The position numbers were made by a program, and so were the translations under genes. Under the pieces are notes generated by a model, which ran no database searches, was not told where the DNA came from, and was given only the letters and a program-made list of their open reading frames with translations. Shown here one piece after another: positions 36,428-46,154 of a stretch of 64,000 bases of DNA; within the stretch, counting starts at the first letter, position 1; each line of letters begins with the position of its first letter. Location: positions 124,001 to 188,000 of the IMG/VR virus record IMGVR_UViG_3300035180_001778; one strand, 5' to 3'.

Positions 36428-36625
36428 TTACATACCCTTCTTCTTGACCAGCTTCAATGCCATGACCGCGAAATGGTCGTGTTTGAAATTGGCCAGAGGA
36501 TGCGTTTGCCATGCGCAGTATGCGTGAGGCACATCGTGATCCTCAACGTTGATCGACTCCACTGTCATGTGGTGACCCCCAGACTCCAATTCCACCACGT
36601 CTCCAGCAGCAATTTGATCTTGCAT
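36428..36625 (-). CDS. YodC/DUF2158-like small protein
   Basis: GDVVELESGGHHMTVE...YCAW...F....LK pattern. Confidence 0.7.
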   Translation of the reverse strand: MQDQIAAGDVVELESGGHHMTVESINVEDHDVPHAYCAWQTHPLANFKHDHFAVMALKLVKKKGM

Positions 36626-36638
36626 CACACTGCTCCTT

Positions 36639-36830
36639 TCACCGTGTACGAATCCTGGGGGATCCAACCACATTGACGACCCGGGGCGGGATGAAGTGTT
36701 CGCCAGGCTCAGGAGTAGGAGGTAGAGTATCCCCCTTTTCAACCTCCACAACCCTTCCCGTATTCTCCCCCTTGGGCCCAACGATCTTATAGACCCCTGA
36801 ATAGGGGGCTTCATTCCCAGACTTCAACAT
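36639..36830 (-). CDS. YjzC-like small protein
   Basis: KSGNEAPYSGVYKIVGPKG...GDTLPPTP pattern; AAGGAG RBS. Confidence 0.75.
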   Translation of the reverse strand: MLKSGNEAPYSGVYKIVGPKGENTGRVVEVEKGDTLPPTPEPGEHFIPPRVVNVVGSPRIRTR

Positions 36831-36939
36831 GATTGACTCCTTTGTGAGCACGCGCCCACAGAGTCTCTACTACCATACGCAGGATCCCAACGGAGGGAAA
36901 ATCGACGGAGGTATCCTACAAAGATACCTCACAAATAGA

Positions 36940-38187
36940 TTACTGAGTTTTCAGAAGATCAGATTTCTGAAAACTCAGCACTTCTGAAGAGATACGATTT
37001 CTCAAAAAAGATTCGTCGGCGTACGGTTCGTCCTCTCGGACAGAGAAGAGCTGCATCCCCGACGCTTTCGCCAGCTCAACCTTAGCCTTGTCTCGCGCCT
37101 GAAGGGCGTCGAACTCCTCTCGTTCCGTGACGTAAGTGCTCGGGAACAGCCAGTGCTGAACACCATGGAACTCGACGAGGAGCTGATGGCTGGGGAAGTA
37201 GCCGTCGAAGCGGAACCGACGCCCCGTCTTCGGGTTGGTAAAGCGAGGGTCGGACCACTCGACTTCGTAGGACGCCCCACCCAGGATCCGTGAGACCATC
37301 TCCAGGCAGATTGCCTGCTGTATGGCCGTGTGAGAGATGGGCATCCCGTGCTTCTCGCACTCCCTCCGAATCGTCACGAAGGCGTGCCCAAGAGCCGCGA
37401 TGGCCTTCCCCACCGAGACCTTCCCGTTCTTGAGCCGGAAAGGAAGGAGCTGCTCCCTGGTCAAGGAGACCTCAGTTCCGTTCGTCCAGTGTTGCACCTT
37501 TCGAGTTTCAGAAAGAGCGGCACCTCGTTGACGAACCACATCTGAGGTCTCTTTGGTGAGCCCCTTAAAATGGGAAACGAAGTCATCAGGCCGAGCGCCC
37601 ATACGCGCTACTCGGGGATCGGTCTCCTTCGTCAGACCTGCATTCCACCGGCCGGCATTGGCGGACATCTTCGCTCGGGTATCCTGCGAGAGAGCTTGCC
37701 CCTTGAGGTAGGACTTGTCTCGGGTGCCGCACCGTTGAGACATGACCTCCCCCTCGTACGCCATGTCTGGATGCGCGTTCTGAAGATGGCTCACCAGGCT
37801 CTCAGCCCGATACCCACAAATCTGGCAGATGACGTAGTCAAGCCCCTCCTCTTTCAAAGCCCAGAACTCTTCCACGTCCCGACCTCGGCACTCAGGACAT
37901 CGCGTGTCATGCACCGAAGCGGCGAAGGTGTACCCCACCTCCCGCGGAGCATCGCAGGAAGAGCAAAGGATGGTCTTCTTCAGACCCGCCCGCGGCTTGG
38001 TCGCATGAGATTGAGCCGCCGCAGCCTGACGCTTCTCGGTCAGGGCTTCAGCTCGAATGAGGGCTTGGGGGTGTTTGGCTCGGTAGGCATCCGCCGTCAG
38101 CCCATGCTTCTTCAGATGGGTGGCCAGCGTCGATGCCTGAAACCCGCACTCACGGCACTGAACGAAATCACGATTCTCAACAAGCAT
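36940..38187 (-). CDS. Putative homing endonuclease (C2H2 Zn fingers, NUMOD3-like repeats, Vsr/DUF559-like nuclease)
   Basis: CREC..HLKKH, CQIC..HLQNAH, WNAGLTKETD repeats, RFDGYF...VEFHGVQH...D..K. Confidence 0.75.
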   Translation of the reverse strand: MLVENRDFVQCRECGFQASTLATHLKKHGLTADAYRAKHPQALIRAEALTEKRQAAAAQSHATKPRAGLKKTILCSSCDAPREVGYTFAASVHDTRCPECRGRDVEEFWALKEEGLDYVICQICGYRAESLVSHLQNAHPDMAYEGEVMSQRCGTRDKSYLKGQALSQDTRAKMSANAGRWNAGLTKETDPRVARMGARPDDFVSHFKGLTKETSDVVRQRGAALSETRKVQHWTNGTEVSLTREQLLPFRLKNGKVSVGKAIAALGHAFVTIRRECEKHGMPISHTAIQQAICLEMVSRILGGASYEVEWSDPRFTNPKTGRRFRFDGYFPSHQLLVEFHGVQHWLFPSTYVTEREEFDALQARDKAKVELAKASGMQLFSVREDEPYADESFLRNRISSEVLSFQKSDLLKTQ

Positions 38188-38194
38188 GAGTCCG

Positions 38195-38224
38195 ATTGTG
38201 TCCCAACCGAACCCATGCTGTCAA
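38195..38224 (-). promoter_or_regulatory. Possible sigma70-like promoter of the endonuclease gene
   Basis: TTGACA-N18-CACAAT, 7 nt before the ATG at 38187. Confidence 0.35.
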
Positions 38225-38297
38225 GTCTATCAGGCGATTCTTACTATTAACCGCCTAACCCACTGCACCTAGCTACCTAAGTGCCCGTAATCATTCA

Positions 38298-41200
38298 CTA
38301 AATGCGTGCGCGAAGGTTAAATGAGAGGACCAAGAAGAGCAGCGGGAAGACCGGCTGGTAGAACGCCTGGAACCGAAGGATGGTCGGGTCGTTCGGATCG
38401 ATGGCCGATGCGATGCCCGAGAAGGCGCCCACGATCTCCGCCTGGACGAGCTGCTTGAAGAGGCCCGTCATCGAGACGTTGACCTCGTTGGTCCGGCTCG
38501 CGAGGAACTTGGAACCGACGAAGGAATCGAGGACGATGCGGCTCTGCTGTTGCACATAGTCGGCGATCTGAGTGACCGTCGGGAGGCGCGTCAGCGGAGA
38601 CGACATGTTGGTGGTGAGCCCCTGCCGGATGCGAACAAGCGGCTGGAGGTCCTCCAAGAGCGTGATCCCCGCGGCGGCCGTCTGGTTGGCCTCGACGGGA
38701 TCCATGATGCGCGGGATGCGCGTGAAGTTGACGATGCGACGCCGAGTCCAGGGCGTCGCCACATCGACCGAGGGAGACACGACAGCTCCAGCGACGGCCG
38801 CTGCAAAGAACGTCCCATCCACGAGGGAGTCGAACGTCTGCCCCAGAGCATCCGAGAGCGTGATGACAGCCGAGTCCGGGTAGAACATGGCCATCCGGTT
38901 CGAGTTCAGGCTCCGAGCGATGGTCTGCGCGTTGGTCGGGCTCGTCCCCGAAGCAAAGCCGCAGAAGCCCATCCGCTCCGCCTGGTTGCGGATGTGAGAC
39001 TGTGTCTCGACGTGCTGGGTGAGCCGCGAGTAGACCGCCGTCGAGGTCGCCAGAGGCACGAGGATGTCGGGCTTGACGTTGCCGGGCAGAGGCGTCTTCA
39101 GCTCATCGATCGCGTCGAGGAAGGAGACGTCCGTTGCCTGAGCGGTGTTCGCCGCCTTCATGACCTGCTTGATCCCGACGAGGAGAGCCCCGTTGGTGAT
39201 CGCAAGATAAGCCGCGAGGCTCACCCGGTTCTCCGCACTGACCAACCCGAAGTTCTGCTCGATCGTCTTGATCGTGCGGAAGATGCGGGTCGAGAAGTCC
39301 TGCTTGAGGAAATTGTAGGTGATGTAGTAGAAGTCACCCACCTTCGGCTCGACCCCACCCGGGTTGAACGTCTGGACGGTGGCCGTGTCGTTCACCGCGA
39401 CGCCGACCGTGTTGGCGACCCCCAGCTCCAACCCAGCGATTGCCAGGAAGGGGCGTGAGGGGTCGACCGCGAACGTCGGGGTGACGAGGAGCGTGAAAGT
39501 CCCCGCCGCATCGTACCCACCCGTCGTTGCGGGAAGGACCGTGAAGCGAAGCCCCGTCTGCGCGTCCGTGTACGTCTGGCCGGGGATGCCCGTACCAGCC
39601 GAACCAGAGGCGTTGTTCGAGGAGACCACGAAGTTGTCCTGCGCGTCTTCGCCGTTGTCCCCGTCCACCCCAGCCGTGAGCCCGATGCCCGTCGTCGCGT
39701 TGAACGCGGAGTTGGCCACCGTGTTGAAGACGATGCTGCTCGAAGCCGCTCCGACCGTCAGGGACTCGAAGGTGATGTAGTTCGAGCCGTTGATGGTATC
39801 GACGTACGCAACCCCATCGGTGAGGAAGCCCGCGGTGGCGAGGAGCGCGTCCACAACCTCCTGAGCCGACACGAGGGTCTGTGAGCCCTGCGCGTTCTGT
39901 GCGAACCCGAGAACCACATTGGCCGTCCCATCGAGGATGAGAACCGACGACTGCGGGTCGTTCGTCGAGGAGGTGAGGCGGAGCTTGTCGAGGTTGATCC
40001 CCGTACCCGCCGAAGCACGTCCCGTGGCCACAGCGTTGATGGCCGAGACCACCGCAGAGGTCGCAACCGTGGCACCCGCGGGGAGCGTCACCAAGTACTG
40101 CGCCCCGTTGACGCGGAACTTGAAGGTGTCGTTCACGCCAGCGGTGATGTTGAACGGACCGACCAGAGACCCGAGGAGCGTTGCGGGCTTGTTGATGGCC
40201 CCCGTCGTCCCATGCGAAGACTGGAAGGTCGTGAAGCCGAGGAGCGTCTCTGCCGTCCCCTGGGAAACCATGACCGTCGAGATGTCATCGAACCCGCCAG
40301 GAAGAGCCCCGGGGGTCGTGTCGCTCTTGACCACGAAGAAGACGTCACCCGTCGAGCCACCGATCTGGTGGAAGCTCGCGAGCGTGTTGGGAGCCGTTCC
40401 CGAGAACGGAGCGGTCGCATCGATGACAGCGTTGATGTCCGCGACGAGCTGCGTCGGAGTCCGGTAACCGACCGTGAGGGGGACGTTGATGAGGCCGTTG
40501 CCGCCCGTCATCCCCACCACAACGAAGCCAGCGTTGGCCACCGTCTCGGTGATGGCAGCATTGCCCACCGTTCCAGTTGCCCCGTTGACGAGAGCGACCT
40601 TGGTCGAACCTCCGATGGAGGCCGTGATGGCAAGCCCAGCTCCGACACCGTTGATCGCAGAGATCATCGCGTCGCGAACCGTGCCCACCGAATCGAGCGA
40701 GGTGAAGGCGACCGCAACATTCCCAGAGGCAACGCCACCCCCAGAATCGAACTCGAAGATCGACGGAGGGTTCACCCCATCGTCAAGAGTGAACGTCTCC
40801 CCATCGACGAGGAGGGAGCCCGCCACCGTCGTGATGAGTCCGCTCGCCGCCAGAACCCCCGCGTTGATCGAGAGGTTGAGGACGTTGGCCGGGGAAGCCG
40901 GGATGAGGATCTTGCCCGAGTTGCCGCCCGACTGAACCGGCACGACATGGCCCGAGACCAGGAAGGCCGGAGCTGCCGACGCAAGGTTCGTCGCCTGGGT
41001 GTTCCCGTTGATCCCCATCGACCAGGTGGCCGAGGAAGGAGCGTAGAACGAGTAGGGCTCCGCGAGGTTGTTCGTGAAGGCCGCGTTCGTTGCCGCAGCG
41101 GATCCGAAGGTCACGGTGACCGTCTCGACAACGGGAGTACCCGTTCCCGAGTGGAAGGCATCCGGAACCGTCTCGACCCCACGGGGCCACTGAACCGTCT

Positions 41201-42956
41201 CGCTGAGAGACGACTTCGAGCCGAAGCGGACCTGAAAGAGGTTCGTGTTCTGCTGAACCGAGAAGACCTCGTACTGCCCCATCCCAACGGCTCCAGGAAC
41301 CGTGCAAGTGAGGATGTAGGTGTCGTCCACGATCCGGTTGTAGTTGAACGTCGCGTAGGCGTTCCAGTCCGGGGGGACAGCATCCCGAAGACGAAGCAGA
41401 CGCGAGGCACCGTCCACCGTGAGAACCTTCACGGCTGCTCGACCCAAGGCATCCCGGAGAGTCCGGCCCACGAAGACCTGGATCAGATCCGGGCGGTTCG
41501 TGATGAGGTCCTGGCGGTTGTTGGTGATCGAGGCGTAGAGCGAGTTGCCGAGAGGCGTCGACCGACCGTTCCCCGTGGTGGGGATCTCAGGGAGACGGAA
41601 GTCCGTCGTCGAGACCTTCGCCGGGAGAACGGACGTGTCAGTCACCCTCGCGCAAGTCGCGAGGTAGAGCTTCTCATCGACGAGCGACCCGACGATCTGA
41701 GACTCGTTGAACGGCGTGGACCCGGGGGACGTCTTCGTGGAAGCGACCACGAAGCTCGTTCCCCAGTGTATGATCGAGACATCCGCCGAAGGATTCGAGA
41801 CAACGAAGTCCTGCCCCTGAATGAAGTCCGAACGACCGTTCGAGATACCGCAGCGGGCAACCGTGGTGACGAACGTGTTGGGGAGGTAGTCGAACGTGTC
41901 CTGCCAGGTGTTGGCCCAGTATTGAACCGTGACCACAGCTCCGCGAGCGGGAGGCGTGGCAAGGGTCACAACACCGTTGGTCCCATCGACAGACGTCGGG
42001 ATGACCTGAGCACCGTTGACCTTGACGACCACCTTGGAGGGGTCCGTCGTGGTGATTCCACCGCTCGTCCCATCGACGATGGGACGCTGGAAGACACGGA
42101 AGCTCAGGTTCCTCGACGTCTTCGTGTTCGCCAGGAAGCCGAGGGGACCGTTGGCCGAACCAGACCCGATCTCCAGCGAGACAGGAGAGGTGAGCGCGAC
42201 GTGCTTGAGCCCCTGGTTGTCCGTCGACACCGCTGTCTGAAGGTTGGGGATGATCGCTGCATCGATCTGGCTCTTGACGTTGGACGCCGTGAGGGAGCCC
42301 GCGGTGAGCGTAACCGTGTACGACGTGCCGCCGACCTTGACGACGAAGCTGTCATTGGAGCCGGTCGTGACGAGGAAGGGCTCGAACCCAGGGGACGTCA
42401 GAATGGCGTCCAGGTTCGTCACCTGATCCGAGACGTCGTCCGTGAATGCCGTGTCTCCCCGGTGGAAGAAGTAGGTCACTCGAACGACGTCCGTCGGCTG
42501 AGGCGGAATCTGAAGCGTGATGAGGCCCTTGGCACCCTGGACTGCCCCGAGAGCAACAGGCAGCCCGTTGACCGTGATCGAGGAGATGTCCTTGGTGGCG
42601 TTCGAGACCCGACCAAGGCCGCTGCCATCGACGATGGGGAAGTTGCGGACGCGGAACTGAGTCCGGGTCCCATCCTGCGCCCCGAGGATGAGGTTCTGGG
42701 GGTTCGTCGCATCGGCGACCCATGCCAGGCTCGGGTCCTCATTGACGATCTGCTGATCGATGGAAGCGCTGCTCCCTCGGACCAGTTCCAGGTCGTCTTG
42801 CACCAGTTCTTCTTGACCCACCCCGATGATCGCGGGGATCCGCAACCCACCCAGGATGTTGGTCACGTTCGCGTCTGCGAACGTCTGGGTGTAGACACCG
42901 GGGTTCATTTCCGGCGTGGGGGTGAACGTTTGGAACGGTCCGTTTCCAGTGGCCAT
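38298..42956 (-). CDS. Tail sheath protein with large inserted domains (1552 aa)
   Basis: N-terminal PGVYTQT..PAIIGVG; C-terminal sheath core (AAAVAG...AGITLLE...RIRQGLTT...ADYV...YQPVFPL). Confidence 0.9.
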   Translation of the reverse strand: MATGNGPFQTFTPTPEMNPGVYTQTFADANVTNILGGLRIPAIIGVGQEELVQDDLELVRGSSASIDQQIVNEDPSLAWVADATNPQNLILGAQDGTRTQFRVRNFPIVDGSGLGRVSNATKDISSITVNGLPVALGAVQGAKGLITLQIPPQPTDVVRVTYFFHRGDTAFTDDVSDQVTNLDAILTSPGFEPFLVTTGSNDSFVVKVGGTSYTVTLTAGSLTASNVKSQIDAAIIPNLQTAVSTDNQGLKHVALTSPVSLEIGSGSANGPLGFLANTKTSRNLSFRVFQRPIVDGTSGGITTTDPSKVVVKVNGAQVIPTSVDGTNGVVTLATPPARGAVVTVQYWANTWQDTFDYLPNTFVTTVARCGISNGRSDFIQGQDFVVSNPSADVSIIHWGTSFVVASTKTSPGSTPFNESQIVGSLVDEKLYLATCARVTDTSVLPAKVSTTDFRLPEIPTTGNGRSTPLGNSLYASITNNRQDLITNRPDLIQVFVGRTLRDALGRAAVKVLTVDGASRLLRLRDAVPPDWNAYATFNYNRIVDDTYILTCTVPGAVGMGQYEVFSVQQNTNLFQVRFGSKSSLSETVQWPRGVETVPDAFHSGTGTPVVETVTVTFGSAAATNAAFTNNLAEPYSFYAPSSATWSMGINGNTQATNLASAAPAFLVSGHVVPVQSGGNSGKILIPASPANVLNLSINAGVLAASGLITTVAGSLLVDGETFTLDDGVNPPSIFEFDSGGGVASGNVAVAFTSLDSVGTVRDAMISAINGVGAGLAITASIGGSTKVALVNGATGTVGNAAITETVANAGFVVVGMTGGNGLINVPLTVGYRTPTQLVADINAVIDATAPFSGTAPNTLASFHQIGGSTGDVFFVVKSDTTPGALPGGFDDISTVMVSQGTAETLLGFTTFQSSHGTTGAINKPATLLGSLVGPFNITAGVNDTFKFRVNGAQYLVTLPAGATVATSAVVSAINAVATGRASAGTGINLDKLRLTSSTNDPQSSVLILDGTANVVLGFAQNAQGSQTLVSAQEVVDALLATAGFLTDGVAYVDTINGSNYITFESLTVGAASSSIVFNTVANSAFNATTGIGLTAGVDGDNGEDAQDNFVVSSNNASGSAGTGIPGQTYTDAQTGLRFTVLPATTGGYDAAGTFTLLVTPTFAVDPSRPFLAIAGLELGVANTVGVAVNDTATVQTFNPGGVEPKVGDFYYITYNFLKQDFSTRIFRTIKTIEQNFGLVSAENRVSLAAYLAITNGALLVGIKQVMKAANTAQATDVSFLDAIDELKTPLPGNVKPDILVPLATSTAVYSRLTQHVETQSHIRNQAERMGFCGFASGTSPTNAQTIARSLNSNRMAMFYPDSAVITLSDALGQTFDSLVDGTFFAAAVAGAVVSPSVDVATPWTRRRIVNFTRIPRIMDPVEANQTAAAGITLLEDLQPLVRIRQGLTTNMSSPLTRLPTVTQIADYVQQQSRIVLDSFVGSKFLASRTNEVNVSMTGLFKQLVQAEIVGAFSGIASAIDPNDPTILRFQAFYQPVFPLLFLVLSFNLRARI

Positions 42957-43109
42957 TAGAGTCTCCTCAAAGGGACGTAGAATCCGATTTACATCTTCGG
43001 GGATGGGTGGAACGAACCACCAAATTCTGATCTGATTCGGATTTTAATCTGCCCGAGGAGGGCTCCGACGAAAGGCGACACCCTGGCGAGCGTCACCTTT
43101 CGCGCCGAG

Positions 43110-43124
43110 ATAAGAGGACTAGCG
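43110..43124 (-). promoter_or_regulatory. Candidate late-promoter motif (CGCTAGTCCTCTTAT)
   Basis: Identical 15-mer at 24605-24619; related TA-pyrimidine-TTRT words upstream of other structural genes. Confidence 0.5.
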
Positions 43125-43568
43125 CGAACGCTTCGATTCAGCGGCAGCCCGAAACGTATCGATGGCCTTCTTCGCCAAGTTCCGTCGAGCCACTCGACCC
43201 CCATCGCTCATGGGCTCGTAGTCGATGTGCCCACTCGCCGTGTGTCGAATCAGAGCAGGGGAGCCGCCCTGCTTCCGAGCCCCTTCCTTCACCTTCTCCC
43301 GAGCTTGGACCACCCCCCAACGGGACTCGGCGTCTTTCCCCACAGCATGATCCGCCGTGGGGTAGTCCTCCTTGTGGACCCCCGTGTTGGCCGTTGCTCC
43401 CACAGAAGGCCCCGTGAAGCCGAACGAGAATCCCTCCGCCCGAAGATATCGGGGCGCGGGTTCCTTGCAATTCGGACACGGGTGTGAGGTGGGGTTGGAC
43501 ATGGGGAGGTTCCTCTCGAAACGCACCTCACATTGCTGCTTCTCGCACAGGAAAATGTAGGTAGGCAC
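43119..43568 (-). CDS. FmdB-like zinc-ribbon protein
   Basis: GTG start, PTYIFLCEKQQC...CPNC. Confidence 0.75.
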   Translation of the reverse strand: MPTYIFLCEKQQCEVRFERNLPMSNPTSHPCPNCKEPAPRYLRAEGFSFGFTGPSVGATANTGVHKEDYPTADHAVGKDAESRWGVVQAREKVKEGARKQGGSPALIRHTASGHIDYEPMSDGGRVARRNLAKKAIDTFRAAAESKRSR

Positions 43569-43572
43569 TGAT

Positions 43573-44742
43573 TTATCCGATCTTTTCGTAGTTGCTGTTG
43601 CGGCCCGGTAGAACAGGAGCCGTCGCAAAGAACAGGGAGTTGTTGAGGCCTCCCACGATATCCGATTCCTTGGTCGTGGGGTTCTCAGCCGTGGCCTTGC
43701 TGATGGTCAACGGCAGAGGAAGATGGATCTCCCAATCAGCTCGAAGCTGGATCGAGATGGAGGCGTTGAAGTAGGGCTCCTCCGTCGTTTCATCGTATAT
43801 CTCCTCGGTCTCTCCGCCCATCGAGATGTCGATGATCTCGATGCCCTCGAACTCCAGAGCAGGCTTCTTGTGCCCCCAGAGGTACATGATGACGAGGTCC
43901 GCCATCTCCTCCATCTGGTTCGGGTCCCGAGAGATGACGTCCAGCTCGAAGGTCACCTCGAACTTGCCTCCGTAGGCGTTCGCCGTGTCCACGCGATCCT
44001 TGTAGATGACGATCGCAACCTTGTCTCCCACCTTTGCTCGTTTACCGAACGCGAGCACGACCCCAGGGATGGACTTCGAATCCGAGACATTCCAGAAGAA
44101 CTGGGTGGGCTCTGAGGAAGGAGCTGCAACCCTGTAGTCCGCCACAAGGGTGGACCCGGGGCCCGAGCGAGACAAGATGTTGAGGGCTCCCGTCGCCCAG
44201 TTGATCGTGTAGTCCGTGCCCTCCTCGAAGAGGACTCGGCCGTTCTCCCACAGCCTCAGCGTCCCTCGAACGGGGACCCCCTGGAGCTGTGCCTCATGCT
44301 CGATGCCAGAGCGGAACATGAGCACGGGCTCATCCGACACCGTCACCAAGGGGTCGATGATGAACAGGCCTGGTGTGGTCGCGTTGGTGGGGACCTCCAG
44401 GATCTCCATGTAGTAGATGCCTGGCTGCGTGGGGAAATGATCGCCACTCGCCCGCACCGCGTTCTGGTCCTCTCGGATCCATTCAAGAGGATACGCCGGC
44501 TTGTTCCCGGCGTACGCCAACATCGCGTGGCCCTCGATGACCCCCATGTAGTTGTCGCCAGAGAGCTGTACCTTGTTGGCACTCGACCCCTTGACGACGA
44601 TCCCGTATTGGGGTCTCTCCGTGAAGCCGTACTTGTTCTGAATGGACGGCACGATCTTGTCGTAGATCGGATGGTCCTTGAAGGAGTCCTTCAACTCCTC
44701 GATGACCCGACGCTTGAGCGAAGAGACCAGGTAGTAGTACAT
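43573..44742 (-). CDS. Tail completion/terminator-like structural protein
   Basis: Upstream of the sheath; 'FELDVISRD....EEMADLV' pattern. Confidence 0.5.
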   Translation of the reverse strand: MYYYLVSSLKRRVIEELKDSFKDHPIYDKIVPSIQNKYGFTERPQYGIVVKGSSANKVQLSGDNYMGVIEGHAMLAYAGNKPAYPLEWIREDQNAVRASGDHFPTQPGIYYMEILEVPTNATTPGLFIIDPLVTVSDEPVLMFRSGIEHEAQLQGVPVRGTLRLWENGRVLFEEGTDYTINWATGALNILSRSGPGSTLVADYRVAAPSSEPTQFFWNVSDSKSIPGVVLAFGKRAKVGDKVAIVIYKDRVDTANAYGGKFEVTFELDVISRDPNQMEEMADLVIMYLWGHKKPALEFEGIEIIDISMGGETEEIYDETTEEPYFNASISIQLRADWEIHLPLPLTISKATAENPTTKESDIVGGLNNSLFFATAPVLPGRNSNYEKIG

Positions 44743-45107
44743 CAGATCCCGAATTCGCGGGACACCAACTGGGCCATGACCCGGTCAATGTCCCCATCTT
44801 CGGCCTTGAAGGTGTGCGTCACCTTCTTTGACTTGTCCAATCCCCCGACGATGGTGCAGATGACCGTGTCGTAGGCGTACTCCCAATAGAGATGCAGGAC
44901 ATCTTCCTGATTGGTTTCGATCGTCGTGATGCACTTCATACGAGACGGGTCCTCGATGACCATCGAAGGCGCCCTCGCATCAAGAGCATCCGCAATGTCC
45001 GCCGTGGCATCACGCGCGTAGTGCTTCAGAGCCTTCTGGAAGTACTCGAAAAGGGTCGTGACACTCGCAGCCTTGTTCCACGACGGGTGATTGGGGGGGA
45101 CAGTCAT
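44742..45107 (-). CDS. Hypothetical protein
   Basis: ORF with AGGAG RBS, coupled to the next gene. Confidence 0.7.
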   Translation of the reverse strand: MTVPPNHPSWNKAASVTTLFEYFQKALKHYARDATADIADALDARAPSMVIEDPSRMKCITTIETNQEDVLHLYWEYAYDTVICTIVGGLDKSKKVTHTFKAEDGDIDRVMAQLVSREFGI

Positions 45108-45116
45108 CGGACGCTC

Positions 45117-46154
45117 CTACTGGTCGTTGTGCTCTTCCATCGCCAGAACCAGGAGACCCTCTGCGACGGCCGTCATCGGGTCGACGGCGGACCGGATCTC
45201 GCTGATCTGGATCGGGAAGCCCTTCTTCTTGACGTTCTCGAACTCCTCGCGGAAGATGTCGAGGAAGCCCCCTGCCCGGCTCGTGCCTCCCGAGACCACG
45301 AAGGGAATCGGCTCTTGAAGGCTGAGCGTGTTCTGGACACGGCGGAACTGCACTGCGATGTTCTCCAGGCAGTAGCGAATGAGGGTCCGGATGTAGAGGG
45401 CGAGAGCCTCTTCCTCACGGCCCTTCGGCTTCGAGATGTCGATCCCACGCTCCTTGATCGAGCACATGCGAGACGCCGTCGAGCCCGTGGCCTTTGCCGC
45501 ATGACTGTCGATCCAGTCCCCACCCCGAGCGAGCGCGAAGTCCATCCCCATCACCGTCTGGTAGGCGAGGGCAATGTTGCACATACCCGAGCCGAACGAG
45601 ACAGAGAGCCCCGAGAAGCCCTCCGCAGCGCACTGGCTGTAGATGATGGCCATGGCCTCGTTCATGGGGTGCGGCGTATAGCCGTGCTCCGCGACGATCT
45701 TCCGGAAGATCTCCGTGTGGTAGACGACGTCCTGCTCCTGGTCATCGATCGGAGACGCCGGCACCGAGTAGAAGCAGTGCTCGTCAGGAATCGTGGGGTC
45801 TTCCAAGACATGGTAGATGAGCAGGCTGAGGATCTGCTGTGCGTCCAGCTCCCCCGAGGAGATCACCCCGCGGCTGAGAGGTCGGCGAACTTCCCTCTTG
45901 AAGAGGTTCGCCATGACCATGGCCGAGTCCCCGAGAACGAGCAGGTTGCCGTCCTTCTCGACGTAGTTGACCTTCGAGAGCCGGAGCTGCTTCTTGGCCT
46001 CCAAGTCGAGGTCAATGAAGGCGTCACGCATCCGCTTGGTCTTGATGTCGTTGCCAGCCATCCGGGCGCTGACGATGTTCATCGTGCCGATGTCGAGGCC
46101 GACCCCCGGCTTGTATCCCGTGCGATCCTGTCCCATCTGATCCTTCTTTCTCAT
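45117..46154 (-). CDS. Actin-like ATPase (MreB/MamK/ParM superfamily)
   Basis: Phosphate-1 GLDIGTMN, RRPLSRGVI, connect-1 NEAMA, phosphate-2 SFGSGMCN, GGDWID, adenosine VSGGTS, AVAEG. Confidence 0.85.
   Translation of the reverse strand: MRKKDQMGQDRTGYKPGVGLDIGTMNIVSARMAGNDIKTKRMRDAFIDLDLEAKKQLRLSKVNYVEKDGNLLVLGDSAMVMANLFKREVRRPLSRGVISSGELDAQQILSLLIYHVLEDPTIPDEHCFYSVPASPIDDQEQDVVYHTEIFRKIVAEHGYTPHPMNEAMAIIYSQCAAEGFSGLSVSFGSGMCNIALAYQTVMGMDFALARGGDWIDSHAAKATGSTASRMCSIKERGIDISKPKGREEEALALYIRTLIRYCLENIAVQFRRVQNTLSLQEPIPFVVSGGTSRAGGFLDIFREEFENVKKKGFPIQISEIRSAVDPMTAVAEGLLVLAMEEHNDQ

Noticed and set aside
40212-42959. 915-aa plus-strand ORF and similar long antisense ORFs (3570, 8852, 17068, 20718, 44892)
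   Set aside because: Antisense shadows of well-supported minus-strand genes; Arg/Asp/Gly-biased composition
23761-42998. Identical 12-mer GAAGATGTAAAT at 23761-23772 and 42987-42998
   Set aside because: One copy is explained as the coding end K-M-stop; two copies are not enough to separate from chance
42989-43204. 71-aa minus ORF before the sheath
   Set aside because: Overlaps the zinc-ribbon gene out of frame and has no RBS; better read as a leader
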